The notes: a model not told the origin generated them from the sequence alone. A stretch of 29,553 nucleotides of DNA from a bacterium (GCA_043800755.1 JAZDMQ010000069.1:1-29553), one strand, 5' to 3'. Numbered from the stretch's first letter, positions 1 to 7,893 are shown. Numbers and translations are program-made.

Positions 1-1325
1 ACCACTAAGATGTGGATGCCACCGACCACCATAATCAACGCGGCCATGTTGGCTCCGATCAAGAGGAGCATCATGGGTGCGGCGAGGTTGATGGCGATAC
101 ATCCCCACCCTACAAAGGAAAGCAGGGCGATGTAATAGACGATCTTCTGCCCGGACTTCCAGGCATGGGGCTTTTTGCTGGTGGACCAGATGATGTCGGT
201 GATCACCCGACTGTAGCCGTCCACGATGCTAAGCTGACTACCCCAGAGGATCCAGAACCCGGTAAATAGGGAGATGAACCAGAGGGGCTTCCAGTATTTC
301 ATCATGTATTCCGCCTGGTAAGCCCCGGCGGCTAACCCCTTCAGGTCGGTCCCGACGGGAATAATCCCCACGGCAATCAAAACGCAGAGGTACATGCCCA
401 GGAGGCAGCCGATTCCGAAGATCGCCCCCTGGTCCACCCAGAGGTATTTCCACCAGGTCTTCCACGCCGCCATGTTGCTCTCTTTTTTCGGGTCGAAGAC
501 GCTGCCGATCTTGGAGAGGGGGATCTCTTTCCCCCCAATGGCACTGGGAATGGCCCCCACGACGCTTCCCATGCCATAGCCCTTATCCCGGAGCCAGCTC
601 AAGGTCCAGATGTTGCCGATGCCCCCGGCTCCGGAATAGGCGGCAAAGGCCCCCAGGAGGAGCCAGTCTGCCCCCGGTGGGACCACCCCGAAAGCAAAAA
701 AGCCCTTGAATACCTTCCACCAGGTCCCGGCGGGCACGAAGGCGATATTGAAGGCCAGGAGAAAGAAGGCAATCCACAGGACAATGAAGGTGCTGATCTT
801 CTCCAGCGCCCGTTCCACCACTCCCCCCAGGAGCAAGACCAGGACACAGCCTCCAAAGGAAACATACCCCCAGGCGAGCACCGCCCCCTTGTCTGTGGCT
901 CCGGGAATATGCCCGGCGGTGGCGGCGAAGATGGCGGCCGCTGAGGCCGCGGCCCACCCCGGCCACCCCACGTGCAAAGCCCCCAGGATAGAGTAGACCC
1001 AGCCCCAGAACTTGGGGCCCGGGCTGGTCCTCATGAACCCGGAGAAGGCGGTCTCGCCGGTATACATCACATAGCGGGCAATCTCCTGGTTCCAGATAAC
1101 CTGGAAGAAGACGGCCACCAGCGTAATCCAAAGGATGGCCGGACCGTATTTCGCTGCTGCAGCCGGCCCCACCAGCCACTCGCCGCTGCCGATGGCCATG
1201 GAGAGGGCAATCGTTCCCGGCCCGATCACGGCCAGGACATTCTTCAGATTGAAGGGCGGAGGGGCAGGAAGGTCTGCCCTTCCCCAATCTGGCATTCTTC
1301 CCGGATCGATCTTCAACTCAGCCAT
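1..1325 (-). CDS. Nramp-related (APC superfamily) integral membrane transporter, 3' end outside the window
   Basis: Missing from the ORF track because it runs off the left edge. Manual translation from ATG 1325 (RBS AAGGAGG at ~1333-1339) gives MAELKIDPGRMPDWG...VIGPGTIALSMAIGSGEWLVGP...NQEIARYVMYTGE...WLRDKGYGMG..., open to position 1, with many hydrophobic helices. Confidence 0.8.
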   Translation of the reverse strand, partial: MAELKIDPGRMPDWGRADLPAPPPFNLKNVLAVIGPGTIALSMAIGSGEWLVGPAAAAKYGPAILWITLVAVFFQVIWNQEIARYVMYTGETAFSGFMRTSPGPKFWGWVYSILGALHVGWPGWAAASAAAIFAATAGHIPGATDKGAVLAWGYVSFGGCVLVLLLGGVVERALEKISTFIVLWIAFFLLAFNIAFVPAGTWWKVFKGFFAFGVVPPGADWLLLGAFAAYSGAGGIGNIWTLSWLRDKGYGMGSVVGAIPSAIGGKEIPLSKIGSVFDPKKESNMAAWKTWWKYLWVDQGAIFGIGCLLGMYLCVLIAVGIIPVGTDLKGLAAGAYQAEYMMKYWKPLWFISLFTGFWILWGSQLSIVDGYSRVITDIIWSTSKKPHAWKSGQKIVYYIALLSFVGWGCIAINLAAPMMLLLIGANMAALIMVVGGIHILV

Positions 1326-1370
1326 TTCACTTCCTCCTTTCCCTTACGATGAAATAACCGCAACTTACAG

Positions 1371-2312
1371 CTACGACAGAATCGCCGGCTCGCGCCAGCC
1401 AAGAGGGAAATCATCTACAAAGACACCATAGAGGTTGCCTTCAGGTGGCGTCCCTCTCCTCTCTTGGGAGACGACACACTCCTCATGGCGAAGTTTCCTG
1501 TTGCGATTATGGGCCACCAGGGCCTGGAGCACACCCCAGCCGATCCTGCCCTGAAGCGCCATTTCCGTGAGCTCCTCCAGGGCCGTCCGAGTATCATAGG
1601 GCCTCCTTCGATAAGGCCGGGGAGAGATGAGGGCATCAAAGATGTCGCAGGTCGCGATGATCTCCACAATGGGATCTGCTGCCGGAACCCCCCCAGGATA
1701 GCCGGAGCCATCCCTTCTTTCATGATGATCCCTGGCGATCTTGGCGGCGAAGCTCTGGGCGTCCTGAAGGTAAAAGCTGAGCAGCACAAATCCTGCCGCG
1801 GTGTGATGCTCCAGGATGCCCCTCTCCGTCCGGCTCAGGGGGTCGGTCTTCTTTAAGATGGAAAGCGGGACGCCGACTTTCCCAAAGTCATGGGAGGGAC
1901 CGGCCATGGCCTCCCGGATCAGGTCCTGGTGATCCTCCACCAGATCCTGGGCCAGCAGGGTGGAGAGGGCGAAGACGATCAGAGTGTGGCAATAGGTGTA
2001 ATAATCGTGCTTCTTGAAGTAATTGAGGGAATTTAGGATCGGCTCAATCAGATTAATCTTTTCCATCAGGTCCAGGAGGGAGATGTTTTTCTTACGGTCG
2101 CTGAAGATTGTCTGATACGGGCCTTGAATCATGATTCCGACCATGTCCTGGAGCACGGACCCGCACTGCGACAGGGGAATCCTTTCCCGTGGTTTTTCCT
2201 TGCTGGTGGAGATCAGAGTATCCATCGCCTTTGGGGAGAGTACCGTCTCGGCAGGGAGCAAGAGCTGGTTATCCAGGGTGCGTACCGGGTAGTTCAGCTT
2301 GATTGAGGTCAT
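1371..2312 (-). CDS. HD-GYP domain protein (putative c-di-GMP phosphodiesterase)
   Basis: Motifs HDYYTYCH, HDFGK, HHERRDGSGYP and DIFDALISPRPYR. Start placed at ATG 2312 (RBS-like AAGAAGGA); the track start at 2375 lies at the inverted repeat. Confidence 0.88.
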   Translation of the reverse strand: MTSIKLNYPVRTLDNQLLLPAETVLSPKAMDTLISTSKEKPRERIPLSQCGSVLQDMVGIMIQGPYQTIFSDRKKNISLLDLMEKINLIEPILNSLNYFKKHDYYTYCHTLIVFALSTLLAQDLVEDHQDLIREAMAGPSHDFGKVGVPLSILKKTDPLSRTERGILEHHTAAGFVLLSFYLQDAQSFAAKIARDHHERRDGSGYPGGVPAADPIVEIIATCDIFDALISPRPYRRRPYDTRTALEELTEMALQGRIGWGVLQALVAHNRNRKLRHEECVVSQERRGTPPEGNLYGVFVDDFPLGWREPAILS

Positions 2313-2360
2313 GGATTGCGGTCCTTCTTTTGCGACTTTTCGCGATTGCAGAGGGGTCTC

Positions 2361-2413
2361 AGTGCTCCGTTTCATAAATGCTCTAACATATTATTTCCCG
2401 GAAACGGAGCACT
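2361..2413. repeat. Perfect 13-bp inverted repeat with a 27-nt AT-rich spacer (MITE/IS-end-like)
   Basis: AGTGCTCCGTTTC (2361-2373) and GAAACGGAGCACT (2401-2413). Confidence 0.7.
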
Positions 2414-2414
2414 T

Positions 2415-2438
2415 CCACAGGGGCTTACGCCCCTATGG
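2415..2438. repeat. GC-rich REP-like palindrome
   Basis: CCACAGGGGC-TTAC-GCCCCTATGG hairpin. Confidence 0.5.
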
Positions 2439-2460
2439 CGCTCCATAACGCTCCTTCCGC

Positions 2461-2510
2461 AAACACAAAAAGGCACCGTGATCTTCTGAGAAGAGGTCCA
2501 TCCGGTGCCT
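2461..2510 (-). terminator. Intrinsic terminator/attenuator within the 5' leader
   Basis: On the minus strand, stem AGGCACCG...CGGUGCCU is followed by UUUUGUGUUU. Confidence 0.65.
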
Positions 2511-2605
2511 ATACTCTTCCACCTCCCGCCGAAGTGCGGCAAAAGTAGAACTCGACCAGGATGTGGAGCCTTAGAGCAAATCCCGGGCAGCTGAATTGGC
2601 TCCTC
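2461..2605 (-). ncRNA. Candidate structured cis-regulatory leader RNA (riboswitch-like, family not recognised)
   Basis: Starts at the predicted TSS. P1 GGAGCC/GGCUCC, pseudoknot CCGGGAU/AUCCUGG, a 14-bp G-U-rich hairpin, then the terminator. Confidence 0.45.
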
Positions 2606-2610
2606 GCTGT

Positions 2611-2639
2611 TATTTACTCTCCTCGATCTCCCTTGTCAA
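2611..2639 (-). promoter_or_regulatory. Sigma70-type promoter for the leader/HD-GYP/transporter unit
   Basis: TTGACA (2639-2634), 17 nt, TAAATA (2616-2611). Confidence 0.6.
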
Positions 2640-2745
2640 TCTTTTTTGAAGCCCCCTCTGTGGGCCGGGGGTTTCTCACTCGAGCATCGAATTCATTCGC
2701 CCCACACTGCTTCTCAGAGGGGGGATTTCATCTCCATCTAAATCG

Positions 2746-2774
2746 TTGTGAATCCCCCGATCAAATGCTATATT
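2746..2774 (+). promoter_or_regulatory. Putative sigma70 promoter (extended -10) for the cupin gene
   Basis: TTGTGA, 17 nt ending in TGC, TATATT. Confidence 0.4.
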
Positions 2775-2966
2775 GGCCCTATCGAGCGCATCAACTCGAG
2801 CTCCGCAGCCAGATCCACGAAATGGGAAAGAGAAAAGGGGGTGAGGAAGAGGGGCGTAGAAGTCCGCAGAAAAAGTGGGGGCTGGGTCTCCGACGAAGGC
2901 AGAGGCATGGCCTGTGGGGTTGCACCCGGAAGGTTTGAGGACCAAGAATTGAGGGGAGGTTATCCA

Positions 2967-3440
2967 ATGAGAACGATTTTGGCCGTCGGTTTGATATCTC
3001 TTTTCCTCATCGGTGGGCAAGCCTGGGCGGCTCCCAAGGCCCAGTACCTGATCGATTCCAAGCCTGACCAGGGCGTGTTGATTCACCTGGATGAATGGTT
3101 TTCTACCCATCCCTTGAAAGAGGGACAGGCGAGCTATGGGGAACAGGTCTTCTCCTCGCCGCGCGGCACCGTTTCCCTCTTCACCAAAAAGGACACCCTG
3201 CCGGTTATTGGCAGGCACATCCACCTCACCACCGACGAGATCATCTTCGTGTATAAGGGCGAGGGCGAGATCTACATCAACGGCGAGTGGATGCCGGTGA
3301 AGGCGGGCGATCTGCATGTCTGCCCGCGGGGCGTGGCCCATTCCTCAAGGACCGTGGGGGACTCCGAGCTCTGCTTCATCTCCGTCTTCATGCCTCCCCA
3401 GCCGAACACGGGCCACGACCGGGTGATGATCGACGAATAG
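2967..3440 (+). CDS. Exported cupin-domain protein
   Basis: ATG 2967 follows RBS GGAGGT. Signal peptide MRTILAVGLISLFLIGGQAWA. Cupin metal motifs HIHLTTDE and GDLHVCPRGVAH. Confidence 0.85.
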   Translation: MRTILAVGLISLFLIGGQAWAAPKAQYLIDSKPDQGVLIHLDEWFSTHPLKEGQASYGEQVFSSPRGTVSLFTKKDTLPVIGRHIHLTTDEIIFVYKGEGEIYINGEWMPVKAGDLHVCPRGVAHSSRTVGDSELCFISVFMPPQPNTGHDRVMIDE

Positions 3441-3480
3441 ATGGAAGAGACGCCGGACCTGATGGCGACCTCGGCGGCTA

Positions 3481-4056
3481 CTACTTGCCTAAGGAGCGGA
3501 TGTAGGACTGGAAGTGGAATTTGATCTCGGCGGGGGTCAGGGGGAAGTCGGGCATGGGAGTCCCCTCCGGCTCGATGCGGGCAGAGAGGAACGCGAGGCC
3601 CGGCTGCCTGAGGGCGAATTCGATGGCCGCTTCGAATTCCGCGGGCGTCTTGACCTCTTGGGCGTTGGCTATTCCGGCCCCCTTGGCCAGGGCCACGAAG
3701 TCGGTCTTCTCCACATTGACCAGGCACTGCCCGCCGGAGGACTCGTAGCACCGGTTGTTGAAGAGGAGGTGGATCAGGTTAGGCGGGCTCTTCTCGGCCA
3801 TGGTGACCAGGATGCCGAGGTTGAGCAGCAGGCCTCCGTCCCCATCCAGCACGATTACCTTCTTTTGCGGGAGGGCCAGGGCAATCCCCAATCCCACGGA
3901 GGAGGCCATGCCCATGGAGTCGTGGAGGTAGAAGTTGCCATCCCGAGGCTTGAGCTTCAGCCACCAGCCGGCCGCATAGCCCAGGTTGGTGACCACGATC
4001 TCGTCCCACACCTTCTCCGCCAATATCTCCAAGCACTCTTTTCTAAACATTGTCAC
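3481..4056 (-). CDS. TPP-dependent decarboxylase beta subunit (sulfopyruvate decarboxylase ComE / phosphonopyruvate decarboxylase-like)
   Basis: SMGMASSVGLG and the TPP motif GDGG...NN; GTGA overlap with the upstream alpha subunit. Confidence 0.8.
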   Translation of the reverse strand: MTMFRKECLEILAEKVWDEIVVTNLGYAAGWWLKLKPRDGNFYLHDSMGMASSVGLGIALALPQKKVIVLDGDGGLLLNLGILVTMAEKSPPNLIHLLFNNRCYESSGGQCLVNVEKTDFVALAKGAGIANAQEVKTPAEFEAAIEFALRQPGLAFLSARIEPEGTPMPDFPLTPAEIKFHFQSYIRSLGK

Positions 4057-4562
4057 GCCCCTAAGGCCTCCCGGCTCATCAGGATCGCCATCGGCCGCTG
4101 CGAGAACTGGGCTTGCCTCCAGACATCTGGGACGGCGGCCACCAACTCCTCGGGGGAGCTGACCAACTTATAGGTCAGGCCCAGCGCCTGGAGCAGGGGC
4201 TCGGTGTACATCCCCTTGTGCACATGAAAGGGCTTATCCTCGCCCCAGAGGCCGCGATAAGAGATGAGCAACAGGAAGGGGACCTCGTAGCGCAGCGGCA
4301 TGGAGGCGATGGTCCCGATGCAATTGAAGAACCCTGCATTCTGGATGATCATGGCCGAGGGGGTGCCGGCCAGGGAGGCGCCCACGCAGATCCCGATCCC
4401 CTCCTCCTCCCGGGCCAGGGGGACATGGATGACCTCCGGATCGGCCCGCAACAGGTCAATGATCTCGGTGGTCCAGATGTCCGGGAGGGTGCAGAAGAGC
4501 CGGAATCCTTGGGACTTCAGTTCGGAAAGCAGGCGCTGTGAGGGAGAGGGTCGACTTTCCAT
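4053..4562 (-). CDS. TPP-dependent decarboxylase alpha subunit (ComD-like)
   Basis: LPD, REEEGIGICVGASLAG, IQNAG and SYRG motifs of the TPP N-terminal (PYR) domain. Confidence 0.8.
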   Translation of the reverse strand: MESRPSPSQRLLSELKSQGFRLFCTLPDIWTTEIIDLLRADPEVIHVPLAREEEGIGICVGASLAGTPSAMIIQNAGFFNCIGTIASMPLRYEVPFLLLISYRGLWGEDKPFHVHKGMYTEPLLQALGLTYKLVSSPEELVAAVPDVWRQAQFSQRPMAILMSREALGA

Positions 4563-4582
4563 TTCATGAGTTTCCTTTTCGC

Positions 4583-4612
4583 TTCATACCCCGATTTCCC
4601 CTAACCTGTCAA
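4583..4612 (-). promoter_or_regulatory. Putative sigma70 promoter for the comDE-like pair
   Basis: TTGACA, 18 nt, TATGAA. Confidence 0.4.
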
Positions 4613-4687
4613 GCAAAAAGCATGCTCGGAGCCCGCTCGGCAAGAGCAGGCCTTCACCAGGGTTGATTCCCATCCCTCCCGTTCTCT

Positions 4688-5413
4688 TCAATCGGCGCAC
4701 ATCACCAGGGACGAAAACCCTTCTCTCGTCAACCGACGCGCCAGGGTCTGGGCCTGGGGCTCGGAGGCGAAATCCCCCACCCTCACCCGATAGAATCTTT
4801 GATCGTCGGTCTGAAATAGCTTGATGGAGGCCGGGCCATACCGTTCCATCTTTTCCTTGAATCTTCTGGCATTCTCCTCCACCTGAAAGGACCCCACCTG
4901 GACGGTGAAGCGCCGCAGGGATAGCTCTCTCTCGTTCGGCCAGGCCTCCAGTCGAATCCAGGCCAGGCCCTTCTCCGCCATGTCGATCTCTTGGGCCGCC
5001 CGGTAGGAGAGGTCCAGGATGCGATTGGCGACGAAGGGACCCCGGTCGTTGATCCTCACCTGGACCGATCTGCCGTTTGCGGAGTTGGTCACCTGGACGA
5101 CTGTTCCCAGAGGCAAGGTGCGGTGGGCCGCGGTGAGGGCGTGCATGTCATAGACCTCCCCGCTGCTGGTCCGACGGCCATGAAACTCCTTCCCGTACCA
5201 GGAGGCATAGCCGACCTCGTGATAAATCTGGCCTTTCGTGGAGGCTGGCGAAGGTGGAGAGGGAGGCTGTCTGGCCGGCGCGCAGGAGAGGAGGAAGGAC
5301 AGCAAGGAAAGCAAGAGAATGAGCCATCTGAGGATCTGATGAGATCGGGGAGGGCCGAATGGAGGCCAGGGATGTTCATGGGCACCATGGCCGCCGCACC
5401 GACATCCGCACAT
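4688..5413 (-). CDS. rlpA: Septal ring lytic transglycosylase RlpA family lipoprotein with SPOR domain
   Basis: Lipobox LLSC; DPBB motifs ASWYG, TAAHRTLP, VRINDRGPF and LDLS; C-terminal SPOR (VQVGSF...YRVRVG). Confidence 0.92.
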   Translation of the reverse strand: MCGCRCGGHGAHEHPWPPFGPPRSHQILRWLILLLSLLSFLLSCAPARQPPSPPSPASTKGQIYHEVGYASWYGKEFHGRRTSSGEVYDMHALTAAHRTLPLGTVVQVTNSANGRSVQVRINDRGPFVANRILDLSYRAAQEIDMAEKGLAWIRLEAWPNERELSLRRFTVQVGSFQVEENARRFKEKMERYGPASIKLFQTDDQRFYRVRVGDFASEPQAQTLARRLTREGFSSLVMCAD

Positions 5414-5430
5414 CTTCCCTCACCTCCCTT

Positions 5431-5979
5431 CTACCTCGATCCACCCTTTTGCCTCATCAGGGCCCGAAGGTGGGCCCGGCCACGCTCCAGCATCTCTTTG
5501 GGACCGATCTGGCCTCTCGCCCCCTTCTCCAAAAGGTGGGCCGGGATGTAATAGCTGATCTGACTGGGGTCTTCTGTCACCTCTTCCTTCGTCGTGACCC
5601 AAATCGGATGTATCTCGCACCTCACCCTCAAGCTGCTCAGGTCCTCCCTCTTCCGTCCGTCCCTCTGATAGAGGTCCAGGACCGTCCTGCCAATATGGGA
5701 GACCACTTCATCCGGAAGCTCGAGCAGGGAGAAATCCCAACCCGGTGGCCTCTCGATCTTGATCTCCAGCCGGATCTGATAGAAGAGGGAAAGATATTCG
5801 GGATAGAAGGGGTCTGGATCGATCTGGGGCCCTTGCTTCAGGGCGTGAGAGATACTCAGAATCTTCAGGCGGTTGAAGTCTGGCAGGGCAGCGGAGCTGA
5901 GGGAAAGACAAAAGAAGAGGGCAAGAAGAGTGCCGGATAGGATCAGAAAGCGAACCCTCTTCCTTTTCATCTCCTTCAC
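5431..5979 (-). CDS. Hypothetical exported protein
   Basis: Basic N-terminus plus hydrophobic signal (MKRKRVRFLILSGTLLALFFCLSLSSAA); RBS upstream; tightly packed between its neighbours. Confidence 0.65.
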   Translation of the reverse strand: MKEMKRKRVRFLILSGTLLALFFCLSLSSAALPDFNRLKILSISHALKQGPQIDPDPFYPEYLSLFYQIRLEIKIERPPGWDFSLLELPDEVVSHIGRTVLDLYQRDGRKREDLSSLRVRCEIHPIWVTTKEEVTEDPSQISYYIPAHLLEKGARGQIGPKEMLERGRAHLRALMRQKGGSR

Positions 5980-6003
5980 CCTTCGAATCTCCTCCTCCTG
6001 GTC

Positions 6004-6402
6004 TTAGGTCGCGGGCTGAGAGAGGAACGGCCTGGCCACGGCCGGCCCAAAGGTCTCCCCGGTCCCCTCTATGGTGATCTTATAATAGTAGTTCTCCGAG
6101 GACTTGATCTCCTTGTCCACGAAGGTGTAGCTGGTCTCGCCCTCTTTGGCCTCCACGGTTGCCAAAGGGGTGTAGGGGCCCTGCTCGTAAAAGATGCTGC
6201 GGGTGATCTGGAAGGATTTGGCGGTGGCCGCAGGGAGGCCTGACTGCCAGACCAGCTTCACTGAGCGGAACTGGGAGAAGGCGCGGAACTCGGAGACCGC
6301 AGGGCCACTTGCCCCCTTCTCCTCGGCCGCCCAGGAGGTGGCCGTCATCATCACCCCACAACAGAGAATCCCCAACATCAAGAACGCGAATCCCTTTTTC
6401 AT
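6004..6402 (-). CDS. Small exported beta-sandwich (FN3-like) protein
   Basis: ATG 6402, signal peptide MKKGFAFLMLGILCCGVMMTATSWA, then VKLVW...FQITRS...YTFVD...YYYKI pattern. The track ORF extends upstream into the neighbouring gene. Confidence 0.7.
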   Translation of the reverse strand: MKKGFAFLMLGILCCGVMMTATSWAAEEKGASGPAVSEFRAFSQFRSVKLVWQSGLPAATAKSFQITRSIFYEQGPYTPLATVEAKEGETSYTFVDKEIKSSENYYYKITIEGTGETFGPAVARPFLSQPAT

Positions 6403-6509
6403 CTTCCTTCTCTCTTCTTTCCTCTTCTCTCCAAGATGGCTGCAGCCCTCCTCGGGGAGGGCTGCAGCAGTTATTACCACCTTCAAAGGCAACTTCCCTG
6501 CTGACCTGT

Positions 6510-7709
6510 CTACCAGATCAACAACTTGATATCGGCATCGCTCTTGGCGTAGCCGATCCCCTGCTTGACGGCCTGGGCGATCTGGTTGACCTGCCAGGCA
6601 TCCATGGTGATCTTGTTCTGCACCCGGGGATACCATTCCTGCAGGATCTTGATGCCCATCACATCATTGGCCACCTGATCCCCAGAGGCCAGGATGAACC
6701 CAGGCTTCACCAGCTGGCCGTGAGAGGGACCACCGGAGATCAGCGAGCGCCGACCATCCATGATCACCAGGTCAGGACGGAAGGGCAGGTTGATCTCCGC
6801 CGCCTGCGGGCCGACGAAGATATGGTTGAAGTTGTGGAGCTGTCCGCCGCGGTCTGCCCGGTGCAGGATGCCCACCGAGAGCTTGAGGGCCATGGTGATG
6901 TGGCCCAGGAAGTGGGTCTTCATGACCGGCGAGTAAATCACCTTGTCGAAGTCGCGAAGCGCCGCGGTGTAAGCGACTGTGCCGTCCTGATTGCCGTATC
7001 CGCCGGGGAAGCGGCCCAGGAACTCGGCCTTGGAGTTGGTGATGTGCATCCAGGGCAGCTTCTCGAAGTCGATCAGCGGAACTCCAGTCTCCTTGCACAC
7101 CACATCGTGGCCCAGGGCCTTATAGACTCTCTCGGTGGGGCCCCAGGGGCCGCAGGCATCGCCAACGGTCAGGTTCGCGTATCCGGCATCCTGCAGCACC
7201 TCGATCAGGGCCCGCAGGAAGTTGGCATCGGTCCCACCCTGTGGCCAGGGATCCCCGGTATTCCAGTTGGGCTTGATCAGGATCTTGTCCGATTTGTTCA
7301 GGGCCTTGCCAAATCCACCAATCCGGTCCATCACCTTCTTGATGTCCCCCTTCAGATCCTTATCCAGGGGGGTGGCCTCCACGATGCTGACCGGGGATTT
7401 GCCGCCCATTGCATAATAGTTGGGATGCAGATGGGACCACTTCACCGGCTTTCCGCCATCCACGAACTTGGCCAGGTCGCGATCGAAATAGTCCTTGGGG
7501 ATGGGGGCATTCCCAATGAACTCCCCATATTGGTCTAACTGCACATCCCTCATGCTCCAGGTCATGTCGTCGGCCGGGGTGTCCAGGTCGGCCACGGCGC
7601 CCGACTTCTTCGCCAGGCTGACCAGGCCTACCGCCGCCACGCCTGCGCCACAATACTTGGCGACTTTCTCAAAAAAGGTTCTCCTCGTGATTTTCTCTTT
7701 CTCGCTCAT
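6510..7709 (-). CDS. Tat-exported DUF362 domain protein
   Basis: ATG 7709 after a purine-rich RBS; twin-arginine motif TRRTFFEK plus hydrophobic stretch; DUF362 motifs ILIKPN, PVMKTH...TMALK and DG...GGP. Confidence 0.82.
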   Translation of the reverse strand: MSEKEKITRRTFFEKVAKYCGAGVAAVGLVSLAKKSGAVADLDTPADDMTWSMRDVQLDQYGEFIGNAPIPKDYFDRDLAKFVDGGKPVKWSHLHPNYYAMGGKSPVSIVEATPLDKDLKGDIKKVMDRIGGFGKALNKSDKILIKPNWNTGDPWPQGGTDANFLRALIEVLQDAGYANLTVGDACGPWGPTERVYKALGHDVVCKETGVPLIDFEKLPWMHITNSKAEFLGRFPGGYGNQDGTVAYTAALRDFDKVIYSPVMKTHFLGHITMALKLSVGILHRADRGGQLHNFNHIFVGPQAAEINLPFRPDLVIMDGRRSLISGGPSHGQLVKPGFILASGDQVANDVMGIKILQEWYPRVQNKITMDAWQVNQIAQAVKQGIGYAKSDADIKLLIW

Positions 7710-7852
7710 TCTCTTCCTCTCCTCCTTGAAATCGGCCACTCATGGGCCAAATCCCAGGTTCGATCTTCCAAGATATATTTACTCTCCGCTCCATCCCTCC
7801 TTTCCATCCCTCCTTTCCTGGAGAATCATTCAACACCTACTTTTCACTGCTC

Positions 7853-7881
7853 ATTATCCCGTCCCCCTAAGGCCTTGTCAA
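7853..7881 (-). promoter_or_regulatory. Sigma70 promoter for the DUF362-to-rlpA unit
   Basis: TTGACA (7881-7876), 17 nt, GATAAT (7858-7853). Confidence 0.6.
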
Positions 7882-7893
7882 GCAAAAAAGGGG

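Noticed and set aside
2595-2620. HDV-like ribozyme (GGC-TCCTCGCT-GTT resembles P3/L3 on the plus strand)
   Set aside because: P3 would be mostly G-U, and there is no convincing P1, no GG for P1.1 and no P4/J4-2.
2440-2640. Known riboswitch (c-di-GMP-I/II, yybP-ykoY, T-box, Moco, guanidine-I)
   Set aside because: Diagnostic motifs are not found in the correct order, so it is kept only as an unassigned candidate.
2648-2675. Terminator at the GAAGCCCCC...GGGGGTTTC hairpin
   Set aside because: No U-tract follows on either strand, and it lies between divergent promoters where no gene ends.
6309-7538. Long antisense or alternative-frame ORFs (for example 6309-7538 +, 7495-8349 +, 14003-15322 +, 20542-21315 +, 583-1287 -)
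   Set aside because: They overlap well-supported genes and have no recognisable motifs; these are typical shadow ORFs in GC-rich DNA.
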